From the sequence record NC_014636.1: a stretch of DNA of 64,000 bases; one strand, given 5' to 3'. This document shows, one piece after another, positions 40,204 through 50,471 of this stretch. The notes beneath the pieces were generated by a model. That model made no database searches and had not been told where the DNA came from. It saw nothing but the letters and a program-made list of their open reading frames with translations. Every line of letters begins with the position of its first letter. The first letter of the stretch is position 1. The position numbers and the translations under genes are program-made.

Positions 40204-42071
40204 CTACTTTGTACTCCAAATGGCGCATGATTCGAATACATATTATCCGGTGCGAATGCAAACGGAGCAGATTGAATCGTGGTGTTATTGTTGTTTATTT
40301 GAGTCGAGTTAGCCATATAAGCCCTAGCCGCATCAGCATCCCGTTTTTTATCTCTAGCAGCTTTTGCTTCCTGTGCTTTTTTAACGGATTCTTCCGTGTT
40401 TTCAACTTGATCGCTTGCACTCGGCATACCAGCTTGAATATTAGAAACTGGGGTTAATTTCTCTTTCAAGAAATCACCAGCATTACCTACCATTTCATCA
40501 ACTTTGCCGTCGCTAACATAATTCGCCAAGTCATATAGATCACTCAACAATAAAGCCGTACCAACGAACGGAATAAATTTCGTTGCAACTCTACCAACAA
40601 CTTTAGCAGCACCCTTTAATCCAACTTTACCAGTCATACGTTTAAAGAAACTTTCACCACCTTCTTTAGCAGCAGTCTTAGCAGTCTTAGATGCCGCGTC
40701 TTCTGCAACCTCCGCTCCCGCTTTCTGACCAGCTCTCATATCGACATCAGGGGTTTTACCAGGCTCAATACTAGCCTTAGGCTTGCCGTTCGCATCAACT
40801 TCAACAGTGGATCTTGGTTTACCAGGCTCTGCCTTTGTTTTTGACTTCGTATCAATGTCACCACTAGGCTTTTTCTTTCCGTCGATATCAACATCTGGCG
40901 TCTTTGTCTTGCCAAAGCTCGGGAATGCGCGTTGGAACAATCCCGATAAGGATCTAGTCATAGCAGAAGCTATGCCAGCTCCAAGCGATCCAAGCTTCAT
41001 TAAGAGCGATCCAAAGCGAGTGAATAATCCGCCAGCGAGTCCACTAATAGAGGTTGCTAATCCAAGAAGCATTCTACCGATTCCACTAAGCAACATCATT
41101 TTGCCCAGATCTTTCAAAGTATCGATCAACGATTTATGACGCTTTTCATTTTCACCACGCTCGCGCTTGTTCTCGCCTCGCTCTTGTTTCTGTTCTTGCT
41201 CGCTCTTTTTGACTCTTTCTTCCTGTGCTTGTTGCTCACCAGTCCCAGTTGTATTGACTTCCGTTGTCGCTCGAAATTCTTTGACAGCCTTTTCTCGTTG
41301 TCGCTCGAAACGACTTTCTTTAAACTTCTCAACAGCATGTCCACCGACTTGTCTAACGAACTTACCAGTCCCCTTCGCCGCACCAGTCAATAAACTTTTT
41401 GCCTCGCGATATCCAGGAATATCTTTTACCAAAGCATTTTCTAAGCCAGATGTCATCATACTAGCAGCGTCTCTTAATCCGCCCATAGTCGATGAAACTA
41501 TACCTCTAGCAACAGATTCACCAACCTTTCGAGTAAATGACTTTGCTTCTTGTTCGGCTTCTTTGTTTTTCTTCTTTAAGTCCTCGAACTCTTTACGACT
41601 AGATAGTCCTTTGGACTTCAAAAACTTTTTAAGTTCTTCGTCAACATCTTCCGGCTTTTTCGGTCTCTCAACTGGAGTTTCCTGTTCAGCAGGAGTTTCA
41701 ACTGGCGTTGGTGTGCCAGGAGTTTGTTGACTCGCGACTTGCTCGGAGAATCTAATGATTTCTCCTTGCTTCGCGATTTTATTTTCCAGCTCCGTTCTAC
41801 GCTGTAACGCTTTCTGATAATCAGACTCTATTTCTGCCGACGCTCGCTGACTATAGGCAACAGTATCAATATAATCCGTTGCCCTTTCAGTGGCTTTATT
41901 CTTGGCATTGATTGACTTAACTAGCCCATCTTCTGCCTTAGCGACATCGAGACTTGAATCGGTAGTCATATCGAATGCCGTTTCTAAGTCTCTAGCCTGT
42001 TTTCTAGTGTCGTCAAGCTGAACGGCTAATTTCAGGCTGGAATCTTCCAATATTTCATTGGCTTCTCTCAT
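40200..42071 (-). CDS. 29: gp29-like baseplate hub / tape measure protein
   Basis: 623 aa, coiled coil, Gly/Ala-rich amphipathic stretch, NNNTT tail; follows gp26/51. Confidence 0.75.
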   Translation of the reverse strand: MREANEILEDSSLKLAVQLDDTRKQARDLETAFDMTTDSSLDVAKAEDGLVKSINAKNKATERATDYIDTVAYSQRASAEIESDYQKALQRRTELENKIAKQGEIIRFSEQVASQQTPGTPTPVETPAEQETPVERPKKPEDVDEELKKFLKSKGLSSRKEFEDLKKKNKEAEQEAKSFTRKVGESVARGIVSSTMGGLRDAASMMTSGLENALVKDIPGYREAKSLLTGAAKGTGKFVRQVGGHAVEKFKESRFERQREKAVKEFRATTEVNTTGTGEQQAQEERVKKSEQEQKQERGENKRERGENEKRHKSLIDTLKDLGKMMLLSGIGRMLLGLATSISGLAGGLFTRFGSLLMKLGSLGAGIASAMTRSLSGLFQRAFPSFGKTKTPDVDIDGKKKPSGDIDTKSKTKAEPGKPRSTVEVDANGKPKASIEPGKTPDVDMRAGQKAGAEVAEDAASKTAKTAAKEGGESFFKRMTGKVGLKGAAKVVGRVATKFIPFVGTALLLSDLYDLANYVSDGKVDEMVGNAGDFLKEKLTPVSNIQAGMPSASDQVENTEESVKKAQEAKAARDKKRDADAARAYMANSTQINNNNTTIQSAPFAFAPDNMYSNHAPFGVQSR

Positions 42072-42250
42072 GATTCGTTTGCTTCCTTAGCTCGTTGTTT
42101 TAGATCGTTAATATACAGAGTTTGATAAATGGTACGTTCGAACGGAGTTGTTAATTCCAATTCATCAATCGACCATCCCTCTTTGTGCATTCGATAATTG
42201 ATATTGAATAGATCGTATATCGAATCGTTAACGAGGGTCAGGCGAAAAAA
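42068..42250 (-). CDS. 51: gp51-like C-terminal module in the -1 frame (not in ORF track)
   Basis: FFRLTLVNDSIYDLFNINYRMHKEGWSIDELELTTPFERTIYQTLYINDLKQRAKEANES; stop overlaps gp29 ATG; no SD/ATG at its 5' end. Confidence 0.75.
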   Translation of the reverse strand, partial: FFRLTLVNDSIYDLFNINYRMHKEGWSIDELELTTPFERTIYQTLYINDLKQRAKEANES

Positions 42251-43017
42251 TCAGACAGACCTACCAGTCTAATTGGCTCAGCGTGTCCACAGTTAGGACA
42301 TTTTAGAGCGATATCGAGAGTAGTCTGAGGAATATCGTTTACAAACTTAGCCATTTTTTCGTAGCCACTACTGTCGATATAGTCCAAGAGTTCGATCAAC
42401 TCTGACGGCTGAATATCGACACCGACTTTCATAACGTCGGAATTTAAATGAACTTCCTCGACACAACGCATGGTAATATCGAACAAGTCAGATTCTTTTT
42501 CAACATCAAAGAACTCAGATTCGTATACCGTTGGATAGCGCATAACAACGGAGAGTTTATCGCTGATCTTAACAACACTTTCCGGAATACGAGACAGTTT
42601 AGCTCTAGCCAGATTCGCATTGACTTTGATTTCTGCACCACACGGACGCATCATCTTATCGCCGTTAGGCAATAGAACAGGATTTCCTTCTTCGTCTGTA
42701 GCTTCGATCTCATTCTGACAGATAAACGTCACTGGAACGATGGAGGTGCCCTTAGACAGCTTCCATACAGCTAGATAGATAGTCTCTATGTCGAATATTG
42801 GCAACGTGTCCAAATCGATTCCAGACGCATCAATGACGCAGTTCTTCAATACTTGAATCATAGCATCTTCCATAGAAGACCCTGATTCACTTGCCAACAT
42901 CAAGATCTTGTACTCTTTCACCAAGAAAGCTCGCACCTTGATCTTTTTACCATTAGACAGTTTGACGCTTGATTGTTGAACAGCCTCAAGCAACATGTCT
43001 TTCGTGAATTTTGCCAT
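42238..43017 (-). CDS. 26: gp26 baseplate hub assembly chaperone
   Basis: KVRAFLVKEYK, CPNCGH, ends GLSDFFA like T4 gp26 GLKEFF. Confidence 0.88.
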   Translation of the reverse strand: MAKFTKDMLLEAVQQSSVKLSNGKKIKVRAFLVKEYKILMLASESGSSMEDAMIQVLKNCVIDASGIDLDTLPIFDIETIYLAVWKLSKGTSIVPVTFICQNEIEATDEEGNPVLLPNGDKMMRPCGAEIKVNANLARAKLSRIPESVVKISDKLSVVMRYPTVYESEFFDVEKESDLFDITMRCVEEVHLNSDVMKVGVDIQPSELIELLDYIDSSGYEKMAKFVNDIPQTTLDIALKCPNCGHAEPIRLVGLSDFFA

Positions 43018-43042
43018 TTCATATCTCCTTAACGTATATCAC

Positions 43043-43050
43043 TATTTAGA
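43043..43050 (-). promoter_or_regulatory. late promoter
   Basis: TCTAAATA upstream of gene 26. Confidence 0.65.
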
Positions 43051-43109
43051 AAGTAGTCGTTAGACTGCGACGTCAGTCGCTAGATGTTAATAGTATGTTA
43101 CAAAAAGAG

Positions 43110-43201
43110 AAAATAAAATCTCTTATATATCTTATATGAGAATTTAGTTTATCTTCTTCTTAATAATCAATGAGTTAGCGCCTACGGCGCAATCTTCGAT
43201 T
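43110..43201. repeat. dispersed ~92-bp element, copy 2
   Basis: Same conserved blocks and spacing as 12880-12971. Confidence 0.8.
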
Positions 43202-43267
43202 TCTGGAAGTGTTCACTATTTAATCAAATGAACACTTCCTAGTTTACTTCTTCAAATCACCTTGCTA

Positions 43268-44239
43268 TCATGCATTTCTAATACCACGAGCCATACCTTT
43301 GACTCGATTGTAGAAGGATTCAACACTATTAATAAGATTGTCTTTACCAGCGTGGGCAGCTTGTGTCATAGTGCTAACGGTAAATTCTACCTCGAATGTT
43401 GCTACCTGATTATTGTTCTCAAAGTCTAGCTGAACTTCTCCGACTCTAGTCGGGAAACATCCTTCGCTATGAACAACCGAGGTCATTACACCTCTTCTAT
43501 TCAGAGTAACAATATCGATGTCTCTTGCATAATTGTGATAGAATCCAAATGTCCCTTTCTTCTGATTATGAATAGATCCCATCCATGTCAGAAACCAAAT
43601 TCTTTCCGCATAATCCGGTGAACAATAAAACGTCATTCTTATCGGGTCAACAGTTCGACTGCGAACCTCGGTGAATGGAGTTCTTTCGTTGATATTTGTC
43701 TGAGTCTCAAATCCAGTGCCAGGTAATGTCACAGATTTCACCATCAGTGCAAGATCCCTGTTTACATCATATCCAGTTCCCAAAAATCCATCCATTAACT
43801 CGCCCGCACCCGGAATCATTCTAACGATAGTTGGGTCGATAGCTCCCATAATGTTCTTGATCTTAGGACTCAAGTGCTTTTGTGCTTGATTGTAGGCAAT
43901 ATCCGTGATACGATTCCACGAGAAGTTAGCTCCACCGAAGAAACCATTTGTAGCCTGACCCAATGCACTACTGATCGGCTCTAAGTGACTCAGAACACCA
44001 TCCGCGGCCGCTACCGATTTGAAATCACCAAAACGTACCAAGAATGTGTTAGACCGCGCAAGATCTCGATTTTCAATTACTCGCATGAATCTAGCATAGT
44101 CCGGTGTCGAGTTAGGATCATCTGCTAAACGATCCATGACATAATCTAGTCCATCATTTAACGCTTCTTGCGCAAGTCCAGGAATTTTCCCCGGGATGTC
44201 CTTGATGTAATTCGCTGCTGTGTCGAATAATCCAGCCAT
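43268..44239 (-). CDS. 54: gp54 baseplate tail-tube initiator
   Basis: DLARSNTFLVRF, VKSVTLPG, CFPTRVGEVQLDFENNNQVATFEVEF. Confidence 0.88.
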   Translation of the reverse strand: MAGLFDTAANYIKDIPGKIPGLAQEALNDGLDYVMDRLADDPNSTPDYARFMRVIENRDLARSNTFLVRFGDFKSVAAADGVLSHLEPISSALGQATNGFFGGANFSWNRITDIAYNQAQKHLSPKIKNIMGAIDPTIVRMIPGAGELMDGFLGTGYDVNRDLALMVKSVTLPGTGFETQTNINERTPFTEVRSRTVDPIRMTFYCSPDYAERIWFLTWMGSIHNQKKGTFGFYHNYARDIDIVTLNRRGVMTSVVHSEGCFPTRVGEVQLDFENNNQVATFEVEFTVSTMTQAAHAGKDNLINSVESFYNRVKGMARGIRNA

Positions 44240-44256
44240 CGTATTTCTCCAATAGT

Positions 44257-44278
44257 AAAAAGGCGGCAAAAGCCGCCT
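44257..44278 (-). terminator. intrinsic terminator
   Basis: AGGCGGC-TTTT-GCCGCCT + U tract. Confidence 0.7.
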
Positions 44279-44284
44279 CGTAAA

Positions 44285-45283
44285 TTAATAAGCTTTCCAA
44301 ACTTTCTGTGCACCAAACGATTTGCTCTGAGGACCAGAAACAAATTTTTGCGTTGGCAAGAAAACAGCATTCACCCAATCGGCTGGCTTGATTTCAATCA
44401 TACCACCCTTGATACGATTCGGGATATATGCTTTGATCATGTGATCCGCACCACGCATCGATTTAACCTTGTCCCAGTTAATTTTTAGCGTCGTCTTATT
44501 TGTTATTCTGTCTGTGCTTGCATACTTCAACAACTCTTCCAAGAAGTCTTTCCGAGCTTTCGGCGGGATATAGTGCAAGTTCAAGCCCATCATCAGACCT
44601 GGGTAACGAAGACTCGGGCCGAGATAGACGATCAACGGATATACGTCCCAATAAGGAAGCGTTGCTTTATGCTTCGCGTCATATATGTAGGTATATAGTT
44701 TGCCGATCTGTGGCTTGTTAGGCTTGAATCCCCTGATGTTTTTCTTGATTACATCGCTGAACCATTCATTTGACTTTCGTTCGTTTTTCTGAACTGAATC
44801 TCTGGTACGGGATTTAACCTGAGCGTTGAAATCAGCTTTCAGTAAATCATACTTCTGCTTTGCTGTCAACTTGCTTTTATTCTTCTTCGCGTCTTCCAAG
44901 TTTTTGGCAATGATAATATCGTCCCTATATTTTCGGAACGCTCGGCTCATTGTCTCTTGATTCAATTCTTTCTCTGCTGCGAACTTTGCTGGTGTAGTAC
45001 CTTTCTCTTTCGCTCTGAGATAAGCAACTCCCAACTCTACCCATTGAGCTTTATTCTTGTTGGGATTAATCGCGCTGTAATATTCCTTGATGTCGTCTTT
45101 ATAACGACGCATAGCGCGGCTGAATGTTTCATATTTCAGCTTGTTGTCTTCTGCGAATTTCTTAGCCGTTAAACCCGGCGTTTTCTTCTTCGCATTCATG
45201 AACTGGACGCCAACCTCGATCCAGGCTTTTCTGTTTCGTCTCTCTGCTGGCGTCTCTGGCACTTTGACTTCTTCGAATATCAT
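44285..45283 (-). CDS. 2: gp2 DNA end protector
   Basis: YDAKHKATLPYWDVYPL, GLNLHYIPP, LPTQKF. Confidence 0.93.
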   Translation of the reverse strand: MIFEEVKVPETPAERRNRKAWIEVGVQFMNAKKKTPGLTAKKFAEDNKLKYETFSRAMRRYKDDIKEYYSAINPNKNKAQWVELGVAYLRAKEKGTTPAKFAAEKELNQETMSRAFRKYRDDIIIAKNLEDAKKNKSKLTAKQKYDLLKADFNAQVKSRTRDSVQKNERKSNEWFSDVIKKNIRGFKPNKPQIGKLYTYIYDAKHKATLPYWDVYPLIVYLGPSLRYPGLMMGLNLHYIPPKARKDFLEELLKYASTDRITNKTTLKINWDKVKSMRGADHMIKAYIPNRIKGGMIEIKPADWVNAVFLPTQKFVSGPQSKSFGAQKVWKAY

Positions 45284-45744
45284 TCTCTAACCCCTTTGAA
45301 CCCCAATCGTTTCAGGGTGTCTTCGGTGATGATATTAAATCTCCACCCTTTCTGATCACATATTTTACTAGCAGTTTGCCATTTGTCAAGATTTACCTGA
45401 TATGTATAGATCTCATTCATAAATCTTTTCTTAGCCGCTGCCGTATTTCGAGTTGGCGGAATTGGAGCAACGGTTTCCTTCCGCGGCTTAACTTCCCAAA
45501 GTGAAATGCTTCCATTTTTCCAGCATACTGTAAAGTCCATGAAATATCGGCGCTTTTTACCGTCGGCATTTGAGAAATAAGGTATTACCGTTTCTTCACT
45601 TGACCACCATTTAACTTCTGGATTCTTGTCGAGCATACGCATAATAAACAGTTCCCAACTGCTGCGATATGTGATTTTGGAGGCATCACCTCTGTATTTT
45701 GCTTTATCTTCTGGGGTATATTTACCCTTGTATGTTTCGCTCAT
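45280..45744 (-). CDS. 4: gp4 head completion nuclease
   Basis: YKGKY...KYRGD...YRSSWE, RRYFMDF, EVKP. Confidence 0.93.
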   Translation of the reverse strand: MSETYKGKYTPEDKAKYRGDASKITYRSSWELFIMRMLDKNPEVKWWSSEETVIPYFSNADGKKRRYFMDFTVCWKNGSISLWEVKPRKETVAPIPPTRNTAAAKKRFMNEIYTYQVNLDKWQTASKICDQKGWRFNIITEDTLKRLGFKGVRE

Positions 45745-45762
45745 AATATTTCTCCTTTACAC

Positions 45763-45776
45763 TATTTAGCTAAATA
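45763..45776. promoter_or_regulatory. overlapping divergent late promoters
   Basis: Perfect palindrome TATTTAGCTAAATA = GCTAAATA on both strands between genes 4 and 48. Confidence 0.75.
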
Positions 45777-45796
45777 GATATAAAAAGGAGAATTCA

Positions 45797-46864
45797 ATGG
45801 CCAAAGGTGTCACTCTGTTAAGCAACGGAGTTAAAACTATAGGTGACGCGGCAGGCACGTTTATTGGTAGCCTGTTTTCTTCGCCTAGTGGTGAATCTGG
45901 AATCTTAGCATTGCAGTATCCACTTGCTATGAAAGGTAACACAGATGTTCACAAAAACTATCTTTGTATGTATTGCGTGGACGCGACTGGAAACGGTGGT
46001 ATGTCAAACGCTAGTATAGAGCGACGTAGTATGTCTAGCGTCAAAGGGAAATTCAATGAGAAGACTCTGGCCGTGATCCAGATGTATATGCCTAACTTAG
46101 TGCAGAATATCAGTCATGATTACGGAGACAATGATGGAGGATTCTTACAAGACATGTTAATGAACTTCCAGGGGTCGATGAATGATTCAGTTCTTGAAAA
46201 CGCCAAGGGATTGGGCATGGCATTCGCCAAAACTGCTGCAACTCAATTAGCAGTAAATGCTGGTAAAGTATCTCAGCAATATAACGCTCAAATTTCTGGA
46301 AAAATCCTAGGCGATAGAAGTGCTAATATGTATAAAAATACCGGTCTTAGATCTCAAACATTCTTGTTCAATCTTAGACCAAAGAATCTAGCAGAGTTAA
46401 AAGAAGTAGGACAGATTATTAGATCGTTTCTTGTTAATAGTGCTGCCTCCCTTGATAAGCCTACCAGTGTGAACGATATTCTGGACACAATAGGCGCCGG
46501 TAGTATGAAAACAGAAGTCACTGCTGGAGGATCAGAATCAATCCAAGTTCTTAAAGTACCACCTCTATGGTATTTGGAAGAGAGAGTTAACAATCAATCA
46601 GCTAAAGCTGAAATTAGATACACCCCGAAATTTGCTATGGGACCGTGTGCGTTGACAAACGTCCGTATCACAAACACTCCAGAGCAAGTTTACAATACGT
46701 TCGATGGCACAGCGGGAGACCCTATTGCTATCGATCTGGAACTGACATTCACCGAACTTCGTCCTGTATTCAAGAAATATTGGGAAGAGCTTACCAAAAA
46801 TCTTGGCGGTCAAGATGCTGGTCAATTCTTCTTTGGTTCTTTTGCAGGTAAGGATAGTAAATGA
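45797..46864 (+). CDS. 48: gp48 baseplate tail-tube cap
   Basis: LQYPL, FLFNLRPKN, FAMGPCALTNVRI, IDLELTFTE. Confidence 0.88.
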   Translation: MAKGVTLLSNGVKTIGDAAGTFIGSLFSSPSGESGILALQYPLAMKGNTDVHKNYLCMYCVDATGNGGMSNASIERRSMSSVKGKFNEKTLAVIQMYMPNLVQNISHDYGDNDGGFLQDMLMNFQGSMNDSVLENAKGLGMAFAKTAATQLAVNAGKVSQQYNAQISGKILGDRSANMYKNTGLRSQTFLFNLRPKNLAELKEVGQIIRSFLVNSAASLDKPTSVNDILDTIGAGSMKTEVTAGGSESIQVLKVPPLWYLEERVNNQSAKAEIRYTPKFAMGPCALTNVRITNTPEQVYNTFDGTAGDPIAIDLELTFTELRPVFKKYWEELTKNLGGQDAGQFFFGSFAGKDSK

Positions 46865-47427
46865 TAATGCAAATGTTTGACCCCATTGTTTACAATGGGG
46901 TACCAACCGCAAATATTTTCAAGAGTTATGGAAAATATTTTGATGAAGTAGCAGCAAGCTTTGTCCTTAGAAAATACTTCATTTCTGGTAATCCCAGACC
47001 GGAACTATTATCTTACCAGTTATATGGTGATTCATCATATTATTGGATTCTATTGTATTTGAATGGGATTTATGACCCATTTCATGGATGGATTAAATCC
47101 CAAGAACAAGTCCATACATCGACACAACAGAAGTATAAAAACTTCCCACAAAAAGAAAATACCGTATTGTATCATGTTGATACAAAAGGAAAGAAATACC
47201 AAAGAATGAGTGAATATCCGATTGGATCAGGAAACTGGTATGACATCGGAGACACGGCTCATTTACATTTACAGCATCAAGGAACACTCGCCCCGGTATC
47301 TGCGATTGAGCATGAACTTAATGAGAACGAAAATAAACGAAACATTCTCATATTGAGCCCAGGCGACTTACAGACTTTCTTGGATGCGCTTACCCGTAGA
47401 ATGGAGAAAGTTCGTCGTGGCAATTGA
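46861..47427 (+). CDS. 53: gp53 baseplate wedge subunit
   Basis: PRPELLSYQLYGD..YYWILLYLNGIYDPF. Confidence 0.92.
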   Translation: MIMQMFDPIVYNGVPTANIFKSYGKYFDEVAASFVLRKYFISGNPRPELLSYQLYGDSSYYWILLYLNGIYDPFHGWIKSQEQVHTSTQQKYKNFPQKENTVLYHVDTKGKKYQRMSEYPIGSGNWYDIGDTAHLHLQHQGTLAPVSAIEHELNENENKRNILILSPGDLQTFLDALTRRMEKVRRGN

Positions 47428-48643
47428 ACGTATTAGTCAAAGTGCGTTGGAAAACTTTACAATCGATCACATTATCATCATGCAAGGTGATACTGGATAT
47501 GAAGTTTCTGACGCATTTTACTCGCTAGAAATAAACGAAGGTATGACAAAAGGATTTATGAGTGGCACACTGGTGATCAACAACTCTATTGATCTTCTGG
47601 ATGGTGCACTGAATCCAAGAGGTGATGAATATATCGAAGTTAGTTTTTATCATAAGTACCCAGGTGGTGCAGCTGGACAGATTTTCACTAAGATGTTCAG
47701 AGTCAACAGCTATAAAGACTTTGTGGATGCAAACGCGATGAATCGTGGTCTAGTTGAGTTCAAATTTGAATCTTTTGGGTCAATCGAAAATGAGTTCATC
47801 CGTGTTTCTAAGTCATATAAAAACACAGGTACACATGCAATAGTCGATGATATGTTAAAGCTTCTTGGATATCAAGATCTGCAAATACGAATTGAGCCAA
47901 CTTTGCATAACAAGGACATTGTTATTCCTAATTTGACTCCGGTCGAGGTAATCAGCTATCTAGTTAATCACTCACAGTCTGGTGACTCTACAACTAAAGG
48001 TGATAGCAATTATTATTTCTTTGAGAATAGAGACTTCGTTAACTTTGTGAGTGGGTCTAATTTGATTAATGCCGATCCTGTTGCCGTTTATACATATGGT
48101 CCAACTATCGATCAGAACTTTCAAGGACAGTTGATTAAGTTTGCTCGCGATAGAGGATACAATCTACGGGATCAAGCTAGAGGCGGCTCTTTCGGTGTAA
48201 CTGTTATGTCAAACAGTTTAATTGATAAAAGCTATAAGGTAACTCCTCTTGAAGTTGAATCGGTAAAGGAAGTTTATAAGACGCTGAACGCAGATAAATG
48301 GTATGGTGGTTCATTATCAAACAATAGAAAAGCTTGCATGATAATGAGCTGTGAGGATCAGATGTATCAGCATCTTAATACTGGGTCAAACGGAAACAGT
48401 TTAGGTATTCAAAGAGTAAATAGATCTAACTTGAGTGCAAAACGCGCTTTCGCCAGAATAGGTGGAAATACCGATATAACAAGCGGTAGTGTAATTGACT
48501 TGAAAGTTCCAAGCGTTGGTGGCAATAGTAACGAGCGAGACACCGGTAAGTGGCTGGTATTTTCTGTCAGACATCTTATTACCAGGGATAATTACACAAT
48601 GGACTTGGAATTAATGAGCGATAGCGACATTAGGAGAATGTGA
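47417..48643 (+). CDS. 27: gp27 baseplate hub subunit
   Basis: GTG start with GGAG SD; YYFFENRDF..FVS, TGKWLVFSVRHLI; precedes gene 5. Confidence 0.75.
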   Translation: MAIERISQSALENFTIDHIIIMQGDTGYEVSDAFYSLEINEGMTKGFMSGTLVINNSIDLLDGALNPRGDEYIEVSFYHKYPGGAAGQIFTKMFRVNSYKDFVDANAMNRGLVEFKFESFGSIENEFIRVSKSYKNTGTHAIVDDMLKLLGYQDLQIRIEPTLHNKDIVIPNLTPVEVISYLVNHSQSGDSTTKGDSNYYFFENRDFVNFVSGSNLINADPVAVYTYGPTIDQNFQGQLIKFARDRGYNLRDQARGGSFGVTVMSNSLIDKSYKVTPLEVESVKEVYKTLNADKWYGGSLSNNRKACMIMSCEDQMYQHLNTGSNGNSLGIQRVNRSNLSAKRAFARIGGNTDITSGSVIDLKVPSVGGNSNERDTGKWLVFSVRHLITRDNYTMDLELMSDSDIRRM

Positions 48644-50463
48644 TGTTTTTTGGAATGAATTACAAATGGTTCGAAGGAGTGGTCGAGGATAGATTCGATC
48701 CTCTCGATTTGGGTCGCGTCCGTGTTCGTGTTATGGGTATTCATAGCGAACAAAAAGCGAAGAATAGCAATGAAGGTATTCCGACAGAAGAGTTATTGTG
48801 GATGCATCCTATGCTGCCAATTACATCTGCTGCGATGTCCGGTATAGGACAAAGTCCGACTGGATTATTAGAGGGCTCACACGTTGTTGGATATTTTAGA
48901 GACCCGTTCTGTCAAGATGGCGTTATTATTGGGTCATTGCCGGGTATCTATAAAAAGAAACCGGATTCTAGTAAAGGCTTCTCCGATCCGAATGGACAAT
49001 ATCCCAGATATGTAGGCAATGACGTTAATATTTTGGCCGGTGGTGGTCAAGCTGGTTCAGGCGGCTCTGGTAGTGGAGCAATGGTAGGAGACGACGGTAC
49101 TCCCATCGATGTATATACACAAAACCAAAATACCGGTATTGCAGTTAAGCCAGACGACACGCCGGTTGGTGAATATATAGCAGATGATGATCCTAATTTC
49201 ACAATCGAGAAAATGCTTGTTCAAGATGAAGGCGTTAGATTGAAATGGTATCTTGACTCTGAGGGATATCCGACAATCGGTATTGGACATTTGATTATTC
49301 ACGAAAATACCACAAATCTAGCGACGATAAACTCTATTTTGAGTGCTCAATTAGGACGAGTTGTTACTGGCGGTGTTATTACTTCCGAGGAAGTAAGTCG
49401 TTTGTTCGAACAAGACTTGAATAAAGTCCGAGCTGATATTATGAGATTCACCTCTATATCTCAGGTATACATCAAAGCAAATCGATCTCGTCAAATGGCG
49501 ATTGAGAATATGTGCTTTCAGATGGGAGCTGGCGGTCTAGCTAAGTTCAAGAACACATTAGCAGCAATGGCAAGAGAAGATTGGACAGCGGCTTATAATG
49601 GATTACGCGACTCATTATGGGCACGACAAACTCCTGGTCGTGCGTCTCGCGTTGCTAAGATCATCCTCACGGGTAATCTGGAATCGTATGGAGTGATGGC
49701 ACCAGCTACACCCAATAAACTATCTAGATTCAACAAAGAAGACGCCTATGGAGAATCTGGTGCGGTTTCCTATGCTGTTACTGACGTCGGTGATGATCCC
49801 GAAAATCCGCCAGAAGAAGCGAAATCTAGAATCATGTTTGAGGAACCAAAATCGAGTTATGCAGCGCAATATCCGTATAATCACGTTTATGAGTCTGAGA
49901 GCGGACACATTCAAGAATTCGACGATACTCCTGGCAAAGAGCGTTATCATAGAAAACATCCGACCGGTACGTTTGAGGAAATTAGACCAGACGGTAGTCG
50001 CTTAGTAAAAATCGTTGGTGATGATTATTTGATTGTCAAGAATGGACGTAATCTTAACGTCAAGGGAAATTTGAAAGTCGTTATTGAAGGAAACGCGGAG
50101 CTATATTACATGGGCAACGTGAGTCAAACAATCGATGGAAATATGACTCAACTCGTTAGAGGAAATGTAACAGAGACTATTGACGGTAGTGTGATGCAAA
50201 CTATTCATGGAAGCGTGGATACTTCAATTGATGGTAACGTAAATCAGCTTATCAAAGGCAACGTTGGTCAGAATATCGAAGGCAATGTGAATCAGAATAT
50301 CAAAGGAAATCACACTGAGACTGTTAATGGAAATTATAAACTGACAGTTAAAGGCACATATGACGTAGAAGCAACCGGTAATGCTAAGATGAAAGGTGCT
50401 AACGCGACAGTAGAAGCCCAGGGAACTGCTCAACTGAGTGGTGCAACAATTAACTTGAACTAA
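48640..50463 (+). CDS. 5: gp5 baseplate hub / tail lysozyme
   Basis: OB fold (DPLDLGRVRVRV), T4-lysozyme domain (DEG...DSEGYPTIGIG), octapeptide beta-helix repeats. Confidence 0.97.
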   Translation: MMFFGMNYKWFEGVVEDRFDPLDLGRVRVRVMGIHSEQKAKNSNEGIPTEELLWMHPMLPITSAAMSGIGQSPTGLLEGSHVVGYFRDPFCQDGVIIGSLPGIYKKKPDSSKGFSDPNGQYPRYVGNDVNILAGGGQAGSGGSGSGAMVGDDGTPIDVYTQNQNTGIAVKPDDTPVGEYIADDDPNFTIEKMLVQDEGVRLKWYLDSEGYPTIGIGHLIIHENTTNLATINSILSAQLGRVVTGGVITSEEVSRLFEQDLNKVRADIMRFTSISQVYIKANRSRQMAIENMCFQMGAGGLAKFKNTLAAMAREDWTAAYNGLRDSLWARQTPGRASRVAKIILTGNLESYGVMAPATPNKLSRFNKEDAYGESGAVSYAVTDVGDDPENPPEEAKSRIMFEEPKSSYAAQYPYNHVYESESGHIQEFDDTPGKERYHRKHPTGTFEEIRPDGSRLVKIVGDDYLIVKNGRNLNVKGNLKVVIEGNAELYYMGNVSQTIDGNMTQLVRGNVTETIDGSVMQTIHGSVDTSIDGNVNQLIKGNVGQNIEGNVNQNIKGNHTETVNGNYKLTVKGTYDVEATGNAKMKGANATVEAQGTAQLSGATINLN

Positions 50464-50471
50464 GAGGTATC

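Noticed and set aside
50080-50400. Periodic 24-nt repeats in gene 5
   Set aside because: Ordinary gp5 octapeptide beta-helix repeats.
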